Of a DNA stretch of 64,000 bases, positions 53,390 to 63,512 are shown piece by piece. Positions within the stretch are counted from its first letter, which is position 1, and each line of letters begins with the position of its first letter. The notes below the pieces were generated by a model that was not told the DNA's origin, did no database searches, and saw nothing but the letters and a program-made list of their open reading frames with translations. The stretch covers positions 1 through 64,000 of IMG/VR virus record IMGVR_UViG_3300036861_000330; one strand, 5' to 3'. The DNA is from a virus. A program made the position numbers and the translations under genes.

Positions 53390-53469
53390 CGGCGCCTTGG
53401 TACAGCGCGAGAGACTATAGTTTCGCGGCGCCTAATAGAGCATCGTATATCTAGACTTCCATCGGCGCC
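53390..53469 (+). repeat. TIGR-like array, 2 units
   Basis: Same consensus. Confidence 0.8.
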
Positions 53470-53577
53470 CGGAGGAAAGGAGAAACAGTGAAAGACACAC
53501 TGATCGTCATTGGCATCACAGCGTTTCTGCTAGGACTGCTGTGGCTCGCAGTTGGCGGCATCATGACAGGGCACTAA

Positions 53578-54288
53578 TTGGCGAATCTTCCACCGGAGTT
53601 TGAGAAGCAGCTCATTCGAGTTATGACAAAGCCGGGCGCATGCTGTGGGCATCCGTCAGCTCGCCACCATGCACCAGTCCCGTGGCAAGACCCGTGGGAC
53701 CATGAAAAGTGGGATGCATGGACACGTGGTGAGCTGGAATGGCCAGCGCAGGACTTTCCATGTGATGTGGAAGGCTGCGACTGTCTCGACTGGGAACCGC
53801 TCAGGCGAACCATTGCTGTCGATTTTGATGGTGTAATTCACTCATACGAGCGTGGGTGGCAGGATGGAACGATCTATGGCACGCCACTGCCAGGTACAAT
53901 GGACGCGCTCCAAAAACTTTACAGTAACGACTGGCGGATCGTGATCTTCACTTGCCGAGTACAAGATTTGCAAGGGGAGATTATGCCAGAGCGTGTTACG
54001 GCAGTGCTTGACTGGATTGACTCACACCGAGACAGACATAGTTTTGTCATTGATGAGGTCACAAACAAAAAGCCGAACAGCGCCGTTGTGTTTCTCGATG
54101 ACCGCGCAGTACGGTTTCAGAATTGGGAACAAGCACTCGAAGATATCGAGGCAGTAGTGCCAACCTCATGTTCAAGCTGCCTTGGCGAAGGGCTTATGGG
54201 CTTTGAGTGCCCAGAATGTAACCATATGCCCAAAAATCAGAACAGGAGACTAAAGAGTGACAAAACTCAACCAGATCATCGCGATTGA
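53578..54288 (+). CDS. HAD-superfamily phosphatase
   Basis: IAVDFDGVIHSY, IFTCR, KKP...FLDDRA. Confidence 0.85.
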   Translation: MANLPPEFEKQLIRVMTKPGACCGHPSARHHAPVPWQDPWDHEKWDAWTRGELEWPAQDFPCDVEGCDCLDWEPLRRTIAVDFDGVIHSYERGWQDGTIYGTPLPGTMDALQKLYSNDWRIVIFTCRVQDLQGEIMPERVTAVLDWIDSHRDRHSFVIDEVTNKKPNSAVVFLDDRAVRFQNWEQALEDIEAVVPTSCSSCLGEGLMGFECPECNHMPKNQNRRLKSDKTQPDHRD

Positions 54289-55003
54289 GAAGGGCATCAA
54301 GAACCAGGCACATTCGCAGCTCACAGCCGCTCACCACCAGCTCCTAAAAACACAGTTGCTTACTGGGCAGTCCGGTGTATACCAGCCATTAGATGAAGAG
54401 CAGGGTGAGCGGTTTCCATCGGAGATACAGAAGGTACAGCTTAAGGCCGATGAGGTCGTAAATGACGTGGTAACCACCCTGACACGGCTGTTTGATGTCG
54501 TGGCGACGAAGGATGTAGCAAACACAGAAGCAAAAGCCAATGTGGTTGTCGATGGTAAAGTACTACTTGAGCAACTGCCGGTTACGTATTTACTCTTTCT
54601 TGAAAAGCAGCTCGAAGGACTGCACACGCTAATTAAGAAGCTCCCAGTACTTGACCCAGCACAAGAGTGGGAGTTCGACTCTGCTAGCGACGTGTACGTA
54701 ACTGAACCTGTGCAGTCGATAAAGACGAAAAAGCAGCCTCGAACACTGCCAAAAGCAATGCCAACCAAAGAGTTCCCGAACATTGTTCCGCAGGTCGATG
54801 TCTGGATGGAAGATGCGCTCGTTGGATACTGGCACCGCAAGAAGTTCTCTGGCGCCGTGCCAGCAACGCGACAAAAGCAACTGCTTGACCGTGTTGAGGT
54901 GTTACAGCGCGCCGTGGTGTTTGCACGGGAGGAGGCCAACACAAAACAAGTCGTTGACCAGAAGGTTGGCAAGGCAGTATTCGACTATTTGCTGGCTCCG
55001 TAA
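54257..55003 (+). CDS. Conserved coiled-coil protein
   Basis: MTKLNQIIAIEKG...PVTYLLFLEKQL...AREEAN; AGGAG SD. Confidence 0.8.
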   Translation: MTKLNQIIAIEKGIKNQAHSQLTAAHHQLLKTQLLTGQSGVYQPLDEEQGERFPSEIQKVQLKADEVVNDVVTTLTRLFDVVATKDVANTEAKANVVVDGKVLLEQLPVTYLLFLEKQLEGLHTLIKKLPVLDPAQEWEFDSASDVYVTEPVQSIKTKKQPRTLPKAMPTKEFPNIVPQVDVWMEDALVGYWHRKKFSGAVPATRQKQLLDRVEVLQRAVVFAREEANTKQVVDQKVGKAVFDYLLAP

Positions 55004-55028
55004 ACTGTGGCGAGTAGCGCCTTACTAA

Positions 55029-55643
55029 ATGCCAAGACGAAACAACCCACCAGAACGGAGGCGAGCGGTGGTAAAGACAAGACCAGAAGCTATCGCTCGC
55101 CAGCCGTTCACAGTACTGAAAAACCTTAACGGACTGCGTCTCACTACACCAGCCGTCGTGATGCTTGAACCGAAGTTCGTCAACAACATCGGGTCAATGA
55201 TTCGCAACTGTGCATGCTTCGGTGTTGAGTATCTGATCTATACAGGAGACCGGGTTGACATCCCCACAGGTGGGAAGGGCGACCGGCTGCCACGCCAGGA
55301 GCGCATGCGGCAGTACCAGACAGTGAAAGTTGTCAACGTGGATTTTCCAATGTCGTTCTTTCCTCCTAGTACCGTACCGGTTGGCGTTGAGCTGACACCG
55401 TCGGCGATGCCACTGCCACTGCTTGACCACCCGACCAGTGCCGTGTATATTCTCGGCCCTGAAGACGGCTCAGTCCCAGCGGGATGGCGCGAACTGTGCC
55501 ACCACATTGTACAAATTCCGTCGGAACACTGTCTCAACGTGGCACAAGCTGGTGGCATTGTGTTGTACGACCGAATGGTCTCACGGTGGCGAGCTGGCAG
55601 AGGACAGTTATTGACACTTCAAGAGGACCGTGGTCATGGATAG
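55029..55643 (+). CDS. SpoU/TrmH-family RNA methyltransferase
   Basis: NNIGSMIRNC, ILGPEDG, CLNVAQAGGIVLYDR. Confidence 0.9.
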   Translation: MPRRNNPPERRRAVVKTRPEAIARQPFTVLKNLNGLRLTTPAVVMLEPKFVNNIGSMIRNCACFGVEYLIYTGDRVDIPTGGKGDRLPRQERMRQYQTVKVVNVDFPMSFFPPSTVPVGVELTPSAMPLPLLDHPTSAVYILGPEDGSVPAGWRELCHHIVQIPSEHCLNVAQAGGIVLYDRMVSRWRAGRGQLLTLQEDRGHG

Positions 55644-55768
55644 TCAGTGGTGGTTTTGGACCAGTGCATGGCAGGAAGGCGAGCGTGAAGCAGACGAGCA
55701 AGCTCGAGACGGCAGCTATGAACAATTTCTAGACAGCGAGTCGTTCCTCGCATCGTTTTGATTTCTTT

Positions 55769-55811
55769 GGCGCCTATTTGACATCCGAAAATCTGTATGC
55801 TAGCGGCGCCA
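55769..55811 (+). repeat. TIGR-like single unit
   Basis: GGCGCCT-atttgacatc-CGAAAATCT-gtatgctag-CGGCGCCA. Confidence 0.82.
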
Positions 55812-55819
55812 TTACAGAG

Positions 55820-56140
55820 TTGGGCACAACCTTAAACTGAAACTGAGAATAAAAATGAACTAGCAACATCCGTACAGTGTAGGTTCGAATCCTACCTCGG
55901 GCTCGACGTGCCCGAGTAGCCCAATGGGAAGAGGCACCGGAGTTGCAAATTTAGACTATTGCCCAAAGTTCAAGCATTCGGTGTTCATCGCCCGATCGAC
56001 CAGATGTGTGCAATCTTCGCCGAGTTGGAGGTTCGAGTCCTTCCCGGGGCTCTACGTGCCCCGGTAGTTTAATTGGCAGAACGCGGCTCCGTAAGCTGAC
56101 ACACATCTTTAAATGTGCGGGCGTGTGCAAATGAACATCA
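55820..56140 (+). ncRNA. Two tandem circularly permuted tRNA-like domains (YrlA/Y-RNA-like)
   Basis: Order T-arm, loop-closed acceptor stem, D-arm, each on a long stem (cores 55863-55946 and 56002-56108). Confidence 0.75.
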
Positions 56141-56145
56141 CCCAA

Positions 56146-56177
56146 AGGCCGGGTCCGAAGGGTATCGGACCCGGCCT
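56146..56177 (+). terminator. GC-rich hairpin
   Basis: AGGCCGGGTCCGA-agggta-TCGGACCCGGCCT. Confidence 0.6.
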
Positions 56178-56204
56178 GCCAAACTTCTGACGAAAGACAC
56201 GAAA

Positions 56205-56546
56205 ATGTTCAACGCAGATCTGGCAAGACTTGCAATCAAAGAAATTGAAGCCAACCCACAGGAGTGGTCTCAGGAGGTCTGGCGCTGTGAGACAGGGTAC
56301 TGTTTTGCTGGGTTTGTCGCGCTGGCAGCAGGTGCGCAGTGGGTGAATCCAACGCTCAATGAAGATGAAGACGATGATGATGACAACAATGTCATTACAC
56401 CTGATGGCAGGATATTGTCGTCATCCGACTATGCACGGGAGGTTCTTGGTGTTGGGGCCGCCGAGAGCGCCGAGCTGTTTTGGGGCGGCAATACCATCAG
56501 CAGTTTAAAGTATCAGGTGGGTCAACTCGCTAAAAGGCATGGGTAA
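56205..56546 (+). CDS. Hypothetical protein
   Basis: WSQEVWRCETGYCFAG. Confidence 0.65.
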   Translation: MFNADLARLAIKEIEANPQEWSQEVWRCETGYCFAGFVALAAGAQWVNPTLNEDEDDDDDNNVITPDGRILSSSDYAREVLGVGAAESAELFWGGNTISSLKYQVGQLAKRHG

Positions 56547-57212
56547 TGGCAACGTTTCGAACGATGGCAGAGATCAACAACCAAATGGGCATTGATGCAG
56601 CAAAAGAACTTGTTTGTAAGTACCTTGACGACCTGCCAACCGACACAACCGATGCAATTGCTGCGTACTTACGGACTCGCGGGGTCACTGGCCAGCGTGT
56701 TAACCCTTCGCGATGCGTTCTTGCACAATGGCTTAGCGATATGACAGGGCTTTATATCCTTATAGGCATGATGGTTCATATACGCTTAACCAGTAATGCT
56801 TATGTAGCGACCGTCGTAGCACTTCCGAAAACAGCTCAACTGTTCATGCACGAATTTGATGCTGGCCTCTTTCCAGATCTTGCCGAGTGAAGGAGTGTAT
56901 AGTGGCGCTGAAGTTTCCGTGGAACCTCTTTTATGAACCAACTGATCTCCGGATGGACAGCACCCCAATGGGAGGTGGACGTTCGCTTGGAGGTATACTA
57001 CTTGGTGCTGCGGTGACAGCAGTGGCAGCCGGTGTTGGGCGCAGCCAAGGGAGAAGCAGCAGTGGGCAAAGACTAGCACAGCAGCATTCGCTGGTTGGTA
57101 TGGCTCCACTTGCGAAGCCGCAAGGAACCAAGCTTGGCGACTATGACACGAATGTCTGGAACACTCGTCGCCAGTGGCCCAGTGAAGCGCACAACCAACA
57201 ATGGAAGTGAGT

Positions 57213-57716
57213 ATGGACCGGCAATGGCACAAGAGTACACTCAGTGCTCAAACCAACTGTGTCGAAGTGTGGCACAAGAGCACCTACAGCGGAGTCAACG
57301 CCTGTGTTGAAATGTGGCGCAAGAGCACCAGGAGCGGCACTAAAGAATGCGTCGAGGTCGGCATGGAAGATGAAGAAATTCATGTCCGTGACTCCAAAGA
57401 CCGTGACGGGCCAGTGCTGGTCTTTACTGGAAAGGAATGGGATGCATTTCTTGCAGGGGTAAAAGCTGGCGAGTTTGATCGCAAGCTCATAGTGGGGAGG
57501 GCAGCAGCAGGAACAGGTTATAAATGGGGAGGGGAGGAAGAACTTATGACTGCTGGCCATGCCTTTATCGCTGAGTTCGAGCGAGAGTTCGGTCCCGTTC
57601 CAGAGGAAGTTCTCGCCGAAGTCCAGCGAAATTGGCGCAAGGCCACCCGGAGTGGCACTAATGCGGCCGGCGTGAAGGATGGCGAGTTCGATCTCCAACA
57701 GAAGGGTTCTGCATGA
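57213..57716 (+). CDS. DUF397-domain protein with triplicated motif
   Basis: W(H/R)KSTxS..xCVE x3, then VRDSKDRDGPVLVFT..EWDAFL. Confidence 0.85.
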   Translation: MDRQWHKSTLSAQTNCVEVWHKSTYSGVNACVEMWRKSTRSGTKECVEVGMEDEEIHVRDSKDRDGPVLVFTGKEWDAFLAGVKAGEFDRKLIVGRAAAGTGYKWGGEEELMTAGHAFIAEFEREFGPVPEEVLAEVQRNWRKATRSGTNAAGVKDGEFDLQQKGSA

Positions 57717-59794
57717 CGACGCGACTCCGTCCGTACTGGCCACTGCTGGTCATTGTTGCGGTGCTTGCAGCAGCGATGGCAACAATGGCCCCGCCAGCAC
57801 ATGCTGACACGCTTCAAGTTGACTGTACGAACACCACATACGTTGACGGCACCAACAACACCCAGAAGAAGAAAAACTTTGGCTCCGCGACGGATCTGGT
57901 CATCAAAGGGACGACCAAGTTTGCATTTGTCGAGTGTGTGGTTGCTGGTGTGCCTACAGGCGCAACCAGTATAAGTGGCACGCTGAATGTTTTCAGCCGT
58001 TCCGTGAACACAGCGCACACCGTTCGGTTGCATAACCAACCGACTGCATGGGTTGAGAACACTGTCACCTGGAACACATTGCACACCTTTGATGCCGCCG
58101 TGTTGGCCAGCGCACCTGGGGACCTGGTTCCCGGCGCTGGCGAGTCTGTGAACCTGCTGGCATCGACAGTGACAGGCAATGGTACGTTCCGCTTTGCCCT
58201 TGACACAACTACGACCACCGACCAGTTTTACGCCAGTGACGACTACACAACTGACATCACCCGCCGACCGAAGCTGACGGTTACTTACACACCAGCACCG
58301 CCGCCACCAACCCCGCCAACAGTGACGACCGGTGCAGCCAGCAACATTACGGAAACTAGTGTCACATTGAACGGCACGGTCAACCCAAACGGTGCAGCGA
58401 CTACGTGCCATTTCGACTACGGTACAACGACCGGCTACGGCAGCGTGACGCCTGATGACACCTCACCAGGATCAGGGACTACCGCAGTGCCAGTGTTAGC
58501 GAACGTAACTGGCCTGACTGCGAATACGCTCTACCACTTCCGGTTGTCCTGTACGAACTTGGCTGGTACCACAAACGGGTCGGACGCTACGTTCACAACT
58601 ACGTCAACACCACCGCCTAGCTGCATCCATACCGCCGACTACGGCACGCCAGCCCTCGCTGTTACGGCTACACCAGTGGATGGTTGTCTGATTGTTGATG
58701 CAAACTACACATTAACCAGTAGCCTCACCATCAACAAGTCGATGCAACTGCTGTGTCAGACGACTGGCACCGGGTTTAATGCACCAAATGGTGGTGCATT
58801 TGGTGGTCTTATCAGGATCAACAATGGTACGACCGGTGTTGACGAAGTCACCGTCGATGGGTGCGAACTGTACGGGACTGGCGCGATTACGACAGGGCTC
58901 CAAGCGGTTACAACTGGTGGAGTTGTCGGCTGCGACGTTCCCGTCACTGGCTGCATGTTCGGTGCAAAACTGCAACACCTAAATATGCACAACATTGGGT
59001 CTGGGTACCAGACTAGCTCGGGAAGCCCTCAGCGGTTCGTGTACCTGACGGACTCGAACTGCCACGACGTGGAAGGGTCGTGTGCTGGATTCTTCGGGTC
59101 AAGTGAGTTCGACATCTCGATCCTGCGTAACACGTTTACGAATACTCAAGTTGGTGGCCGGACAGGGAATGCTGCCATTCAGACCGGTGGCACAACGAGC
59201 AATGCTCATGGTCGGTTCACCATTCAGGGCAACATGATCACCAACCCCGCGCCATGCACGGTCAATAAGGTTGGTATTGGGCTTGACCAGATTAGCAACT
59301 CGCTAATCGGTGGGATAACGGCAACGCCAGGAACCGGTGACGGGAACCTCTACGAGCACTGCCTGCCAAGCGGCGCATCTGGCGAGGGTATCGTCGTCAA
59401 CGGCCCCAACAACCAGATCAAGGGCAACAAGGTCCTGGGTGTGGGGAACGGCAGCATCACGCTTATTACGTATGGCAACCCGAACCAGGCCAACACCAAC
59501 AACGTGTTAGACAACAACTACACCGACGGACTTGGGCTGACTGGTGGCCAAGGTATTGCACTGTCGTTCCCGAGCGCAGCACTTGGTGGTGCAACTCCGG
59601 TCACGGGCCTGCGGGTCACCAACAGTACCCATATCAACCAGCCGTTTGGACTCCAAGCCTACGGCTACGGCGGAGGGACCGTGCTGCCTGGCTCCGACAA
59701 CCAGGCCAACAACAACAACTTCGGCAACGGCTGCGCATGGGACGTGGTTGTTCATACCGGCACAGGGAATACCCCCACATCATGCGACGCATAA
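57713..59794 (+). CDS. Secreted multidomain protein (DNRLRE/CBM96-like, FN3-like, beta-helix)
   Basis: Signal peptide ending AHA, WVENTVTWN, RPKLTVTY, LNGTVNPNG, GLTANTLYHFRL, Asn/Gly-rich repeats. Confidence 0.75.
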   Translation: MTTRLRPYWPLLVIVAVLAAAMATMAPPAHADTLQVDCTNTTYVDGTNNTQKKKNFGSATDLVIKGTTKFAFVECVVAGVPTGATSISGTLNVFSRSVNTAHTVRLHNQPTAWVENTVTWNTLHTFDAAVLASAPGDLVPGAGESVNLLASTVTGNGTFRFALDTTTTTDQFYASDDYTTDITRRPKLTVTYTPAPPPPTPPTVTTGAASNITETSVTLNGTVNPNGAATTCHFDYGTTTGYGSVTPDDTSPGSGTTAVPVLANVTGLTANTLYHFRLSCTNLAGTTNGSDATFTTTSTPPPSCIHTADYGTPALAVTATPVDGCLIVDANYTLTSSLTINKSMQLLCQTTGTGFNAPNGGAFGGLIRINNGTTGVDEVTVDGCELYGTGAITTGLQAVTTGGVVGCDVPVTGCMFGAKLQHLNMHNIGSGYQTSSGSPQRFVYLTDSNCHDVEGSCAGFFGSSEFDISILRNTFTNTQVGGRTGNAAIQTGGTTSNAHGRFTIQGNMITNPAPCTVNKVGIGLDQISNSLIGGITATPGTGDGNLYEHCLPSGASGEGIVVNGPNNQIKGNKVLGVGNGSITLITYGNPNQANTNNVLDNNYTDGLGLTGGQGIALSFPSAALGGATPVTGLRVTNSTHINQPFGLQAYGYGGGTVLPGSDNQANNNNFGNGCAWDVVVHTGTGNTPTSCDA

Positions 59795-59805
59795 GGGGAA
59801 CCAAC

Positions 59806-60318
59806 ATGACCCAGCGAGTGGTACAGCCCAGCATCAGAACGGCGATAGCACTACTGTCAGTAACTATTGTGATGTTGGTGGGTCTGCTGGTCGCCACACA
59901 GCAACCAGCAGATGCAACGGTCTTTAGTTGCAAGACCTCACAAACGTCATACCGAGGCTGGTCAACATCGGCGCGGCTGTGTGCTGAGCACGGCGCAGGC
60001 TGGTACCGAAGCTGGGCTCAGGCACAGACATGGAACACCGCGACGGGCGCTGGGGTCGCAGCGAACTACTCCTTCACCGACCTGTCGCTGTGGTACTACT
60101 GCAACACAGGTATATGCTATGCGTACGACTTTGTTGACCGGAGCGGGTTCGTCGGAGTGTTGGTCGCGACCACGCACGGCAACAACATCGGCTGCCCAGG
60201 TGCCAGCAATACGGGGAAGGTCGATATCGTCTCTGTGAACACACGCTACCCAGACGGGGTGCTGCGAAGCTGGTCGCCTGCCGAGGCGACCGGGATCGCA
60301 TTCAACAGTAATTGTTGA
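59806..60318 (+). CDS. Secreted protein
   Basis: Signal peptide ending ADA. Confidence 0.7.
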   Translation: MTQRVVQPSIRTAIALLSVTIVMLVGLLVATQQPADATVFSCKTSQTSYRGWSTSARLCAEHGAGWYRSWAQAQTWNTATGAGVAANYSFTDLSLWYYCNTGICYAYDFVDRSGFVGVLVATTHGNNIGCPGASNTGKVDIVSVNTRYPDGVLRSWSPAEATGIAFNSNC

Positions 60319-60479
60319 CCCTCCTAGCACAACACCTGAGTAGGGAGGTGGTCGTGCTATAGGGGACTGCGCCGGGAGCACATGGGCAGGTGGAGAGAAG
60401 TCATCGCATAGTGATGCGGGAAGCAACTTCTGCCGCAAACTCCACCTGCTCAGCCATTTTGTTGACGAAAGGGTACGGC

Positions 60480-61457
60480 ATGTCCAAGGCAGTACATCGC
60501 AGAGCAGTTACTCTCGCAGCAGTTATCGCGCTGTTGCTTGGTGCATTTGTACTGATCAATGGGGCAGGTGGTGGCGGAAGGGCGAATGCCGTCGTACCGC
60601 CAAGCGCAACTTCGCAGCACTTCCCAGCGCATGTGCACACTGACCGTGGAGGGTTTGCGACCCTCAACCTTCAGGTGCCAGTGAGCCCAGCCAACGTTGT
60701 CATCAAGGTGGCAGCCGGTGGGACACACCTTGCTGGGGAGGATCCCAGCTTTGCGACGGTGAACTTCGCAGGGTATGTGGACTCGGACACGATCCGTGTT
60801 CGCATCATTGGCTGGCATGCCATTGTCAGTACTGGTCGCGCAGAGTTCCGGTACTACTCAAATAAGGACGCAGACCTGTTCGTGGACGTGTACGAGCGGA
60901 CTGCTGGCCCTGTCCCACCAACTACTGCACCACCAACTACTGCACCACCAACTACTGCACCACCAACTACTGCACCACCAACCACTGCACCAACTCCGAC
61001 AACTGTCCCCCCAACTACTACACCACCAACCAGTGCCGACCTGGCAGCCGGCAAGTCAGTGACTCCAACGACTGCCAAGGTTGGCGAAACTGTTATCTAC
61101 ACGCTGTCCGTCAAGAACAATGGGCCACTGGCTGCTGTCGGCACGGTGATCAAGGACAAGCTGCCAGCCGGTTTGAAGGTGGTCGATACAGCTACAAATC
61201 CACTGCCACTTAACTGCTCTGTCACCGGTGACCCAGCGACAACTGGCCAGACTGTGCTCTGCACACAGGGTGGGGTCGCTGTTGGCGCTACTGAGACAGA
61301 TGTCGTCAAGGCTACAGTAGTCGCCCCAGCCACTCCCGGTAACACCCTTACCAACACCGTCGGAGTGGATGCCAGTACGGATGACGCTGTTAGTGGCAAC
61401 AACTCCGCAACGGCATCAGTGATCGTGCTGTCAACTCCACCTCCCGCAATCGGTTAA
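60480..61457 (+). CDS. Secreted protein with PTTAP linker and DUF11-like domain
   Basis: Signal peptide; (PPTTA)n; ADLAAGKS...YTLSVKNNGP...DKLPAGL...NNSATA. Confidence 0.8.
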   Translation: MSKAVHRRAVTLAAVIALLLGAFVLINGAGGGGRANAVVPPSATSQHFPAHVHTDRGGFATLNLQVPVSPANVVIKVAAGGTHLAGEDPSFATVNFAGYVDSDTIRVRIIGWHAIVSTGRAEFRYYSNKDADLFVDVYERTAGPVPPTTAPPTTAPPTTAPPTTAPPTTAPTPTTVPPTTTPPTSADLAAGKSVTPTTAKVGETVIYTLSVKNNGPLAAVGTVIKDKLPAGLKVVDTATNPLPLNCSVTGDPATTGQTVLCTQGGVAVGATETDVVKATVVAPATPGNTLTNTVGVDASTDDAVSGNNSATASVIVLSTPPPAIG

Positions 61458-61548
61458 CCAAACGTGACGGGGCAGAGCAAACACGAATACGGTGTGCCAG
61501 TTGCGTGAGCGGCAACCAGCTCTGCCCCGTCACCAACCTAGAAAGGGC

Positions 61549-62382
61549 ATGATGCGTCGTCGAATTCTCCCAGTTGTTGCGTTTCTCGTCCTGGCCTTCG
61601 TCGCAGGTATTGCAGTCGCGGCATCCCCTGGATGGCTTGTACGAACCGACTACTCGCACAGTTTAAACGACGATCCAATCCTGCTCCCAGGACAACCAGG
61701 CGCGAGCCATTTGCACGACTTTTTGTGCAATACCAGCACTAATGCCAACTCGACGTTTGCCAGCATGCAAGCTGCGGCAACCAACTGTCAGATTGCAGCA
61801 GAAAAGGCTGGAATCTGGGCACCAGCGCTATATCAGAACGGCGTGAAGGTTAACCCAACCGGTGTCAGTACTCGCCAGCAAAATTATTATCGCGATAACA
61901 ACTTGACGGTTGGAACGCCAGTTGAACCATTCCCGTCTGACTTCCGGATGATTGCTGGTAATGCCAATGCCACCAGCGAAGCAACGAACCCCAAGCTAGG
62001 GAGCGAACTGTACTGGGGCTGCTCAGACAATTCTGTGCCTGGAAAGCCAAAAGCACCCCCTGCCTCTTGCCCAACTGGGATTATCTCCCTCCATGTTGGG
62101 TTCCCGAACTGCTGGAATGGCGTGAAAGACCCAACGAACGACACACCAAACCTGAAATACCCATCTGGTGGCGTGTGTCCAGCAGGCTTTACTCGAAAGT
62201 TGCCACGTTACATTCTACGTCTGGAATATCCAGTCGGGACCACAACGGGAACCATCACGCTGAGTTCTGGGCCGTACTACACTGTCCATGCGGACTACTG
62301 GTTCGTCTGGGATGAAGTGCGCTTCAACGAGCTGGTACAAAATTGCCTGAATGCTGACGTAGACTGCGGAACCAACCCCTAA
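61549..62382 (+). CDS. DUF1996-domain secreted protein
   Basis: DDPILLPGQPGASHLHDF, PFPSDFRMIAG, FPNCWNG, VHADY. Confidence 0.88.
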   Translation: MMRRRILPVVAFLVLAFVAGIAVAASPGWLVRTDYSHSLNDDPILLPGQPGASHLHDFLCNTSTNANSTFASMQAAATNCQIAAEKAGIWAPALYQNGVKVNPTGVSTRQQNYYRDNNLTVGTPVEPFPSDFRMIAGNANATSEATNPKLGSELYWGCSDNSVPGKPKAPPASCPTGIISLHVGFPNCWNGVKDPTNDTPNLKYPSGGVCPAGFTRKLPRYILRLEYPVGTTTGTITLSSGPYYTVHADYWFVWDEVRFNELVQNCLNADVDCGTNP

Positions 62383-62393
62383 CAGGAGACGTG

Positions 62394-62792
62394 ATGCGGA
62401 AACTTTTTGCAAGTACCACGCTGGCAGCATTAGCAGTAGCATTACTGGCATCAACAGCGCACGCAGCAGTGGACAAGAACTGCGGTGACTACACCTCGAA
62501 AGCGGCTGCGCAAGCCGCGTTGAATGCAGATCCATCCGACCCGAACGGCCTTGACGCACTCCCAGGTCGCGCCGATGGAAACGATGATCGCACAAACGGT
62601 GGCCACGGTGATGGGCAGGCATGCGAGTCGTACCCATACCCAGACAGTTCAAGTACCGTTACAGGCGGTGGAACGACAAAGGCTGGCTCATTGCCACTTA
62701 CTGGACCAAGTCCATACGCCCCTGTGGGGTTTGGACTCCTTATTGTTGGCGCAGCGCTCCTGCTCGCTACACGAAAGGCCCACAGGGGGTGA
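62394..62792 (+). CDS. Sortase-anchored protein with Excalibur-like Ca-binding motif
   Basis: Signal peptide, KNCGDY...DPNGLD...DGQACE, LPLTG plus TM helix plus RK tail. Confidence 0.8.
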   Translation: MRKLFASTTLAALAVALLASTAHAAVDKNCGDYTSKAAAQAALNADPSDPNGLDALPGRADGNDDRTNGGHGDGQACESYPYPDSSSTVTGGGTTKAGSLPLTGPSPYAPVGFGLLIVGAALLLATRKAHRG

Positions 62793-62834
62793 TGGCACTG
62801 AGCAACAGCACTACATGGAGCTAACGTAGCACAA

Positions 62835-63354
62835 CGTCTATGCAGAAGCCGAAAATCTAAAGGAACGGCGGCGTTGTAACACACAAAGTCCGACCCTACC
62901 TGGAAGGTCTCGCGGCGGCGAGCAGGTAGGGTCGGACATCTTTGGCGCTTAATGACCGGACGAAAATCTGTGATACAGTCGGCGCCTATAGAAGCCTCGA
63001 AAATCTAACGCTGAAACGGCGTCTATGAACCTGACGAAAATCTAGCCCGACACCGGCGCCTACGCATGGGACGAAAGTCTGCTCGAACCTCGGCGCCTAT
63101 TAGAAGTACGAAAATCTGTGATAGTGTCGGCGCCTACGCGGTTTGCGCAAAGCTAGAGTGTACGCGGCGCCTGCTACATTTCGAATGACTAGGGGATCTC
63201 GGCGCCTGACACGAACGCGAATATCTACAGCAGGTTCGGCGCCTAGGGACTCTGCGAAAATCTATATCCGGCTCGGCGCCTAGGGACTTAGCGAAAATCT
63301 ATATCCCACGCGGCGCCTATGGACTCAGCGAAAATCTAAGTTTGGCCCGGCGCT
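62835..63354 (+). repeat. TIGR-like array (1 unit, hairpin, then 11 units) ending at tRNA-Cys
   Basis: Very regular consensus 62944-63354. Confidence 0.95.
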
Positions 63355-63359
63355 GTAGT

Positions 63360-63430
63360 GCCCACGTGGCTGAGTGGTGAGGCGCAGGTCTGCAAAACCT
63401 GCTTCCCCGGTTCGATTCCGGGCGTGGGCT
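63360..63430 (+). tRNA. tRNA-Cys(GCA)
   Basis: Cloverleaf. Confidence 0.9.
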
Positions 63431-63436
63431 CGTAGA

Positions 63437-63509
63437 GGGGCTGTAGCTCATATGGCAGAGCGCTGCGTTCGCATCGCAGAGGTAATGGGTTCAATTCCCA
63501 TCAGCTCCA
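63437..63509 (+). tRNA. tRNA-Ala(CGC)
   Basis: Cloverleaf. Confidence 0.92.
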
Positions 63510-63512
63510 CAT

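Noticed and set aside
60916-61030. 15-bp tandem repeat as a guide array
   Set aside because: It encodes the PPTTA linker of a secreted protein; likewise the GATAACGACTTC repeats at about 5460-5525 encode DNDF.
62944-63354. CRISPR array
   Set aside because: Repeats are only 8-10 nt, two types alternate and spacers are about 9 nt; no cas1, cas2 or effector genes are present.
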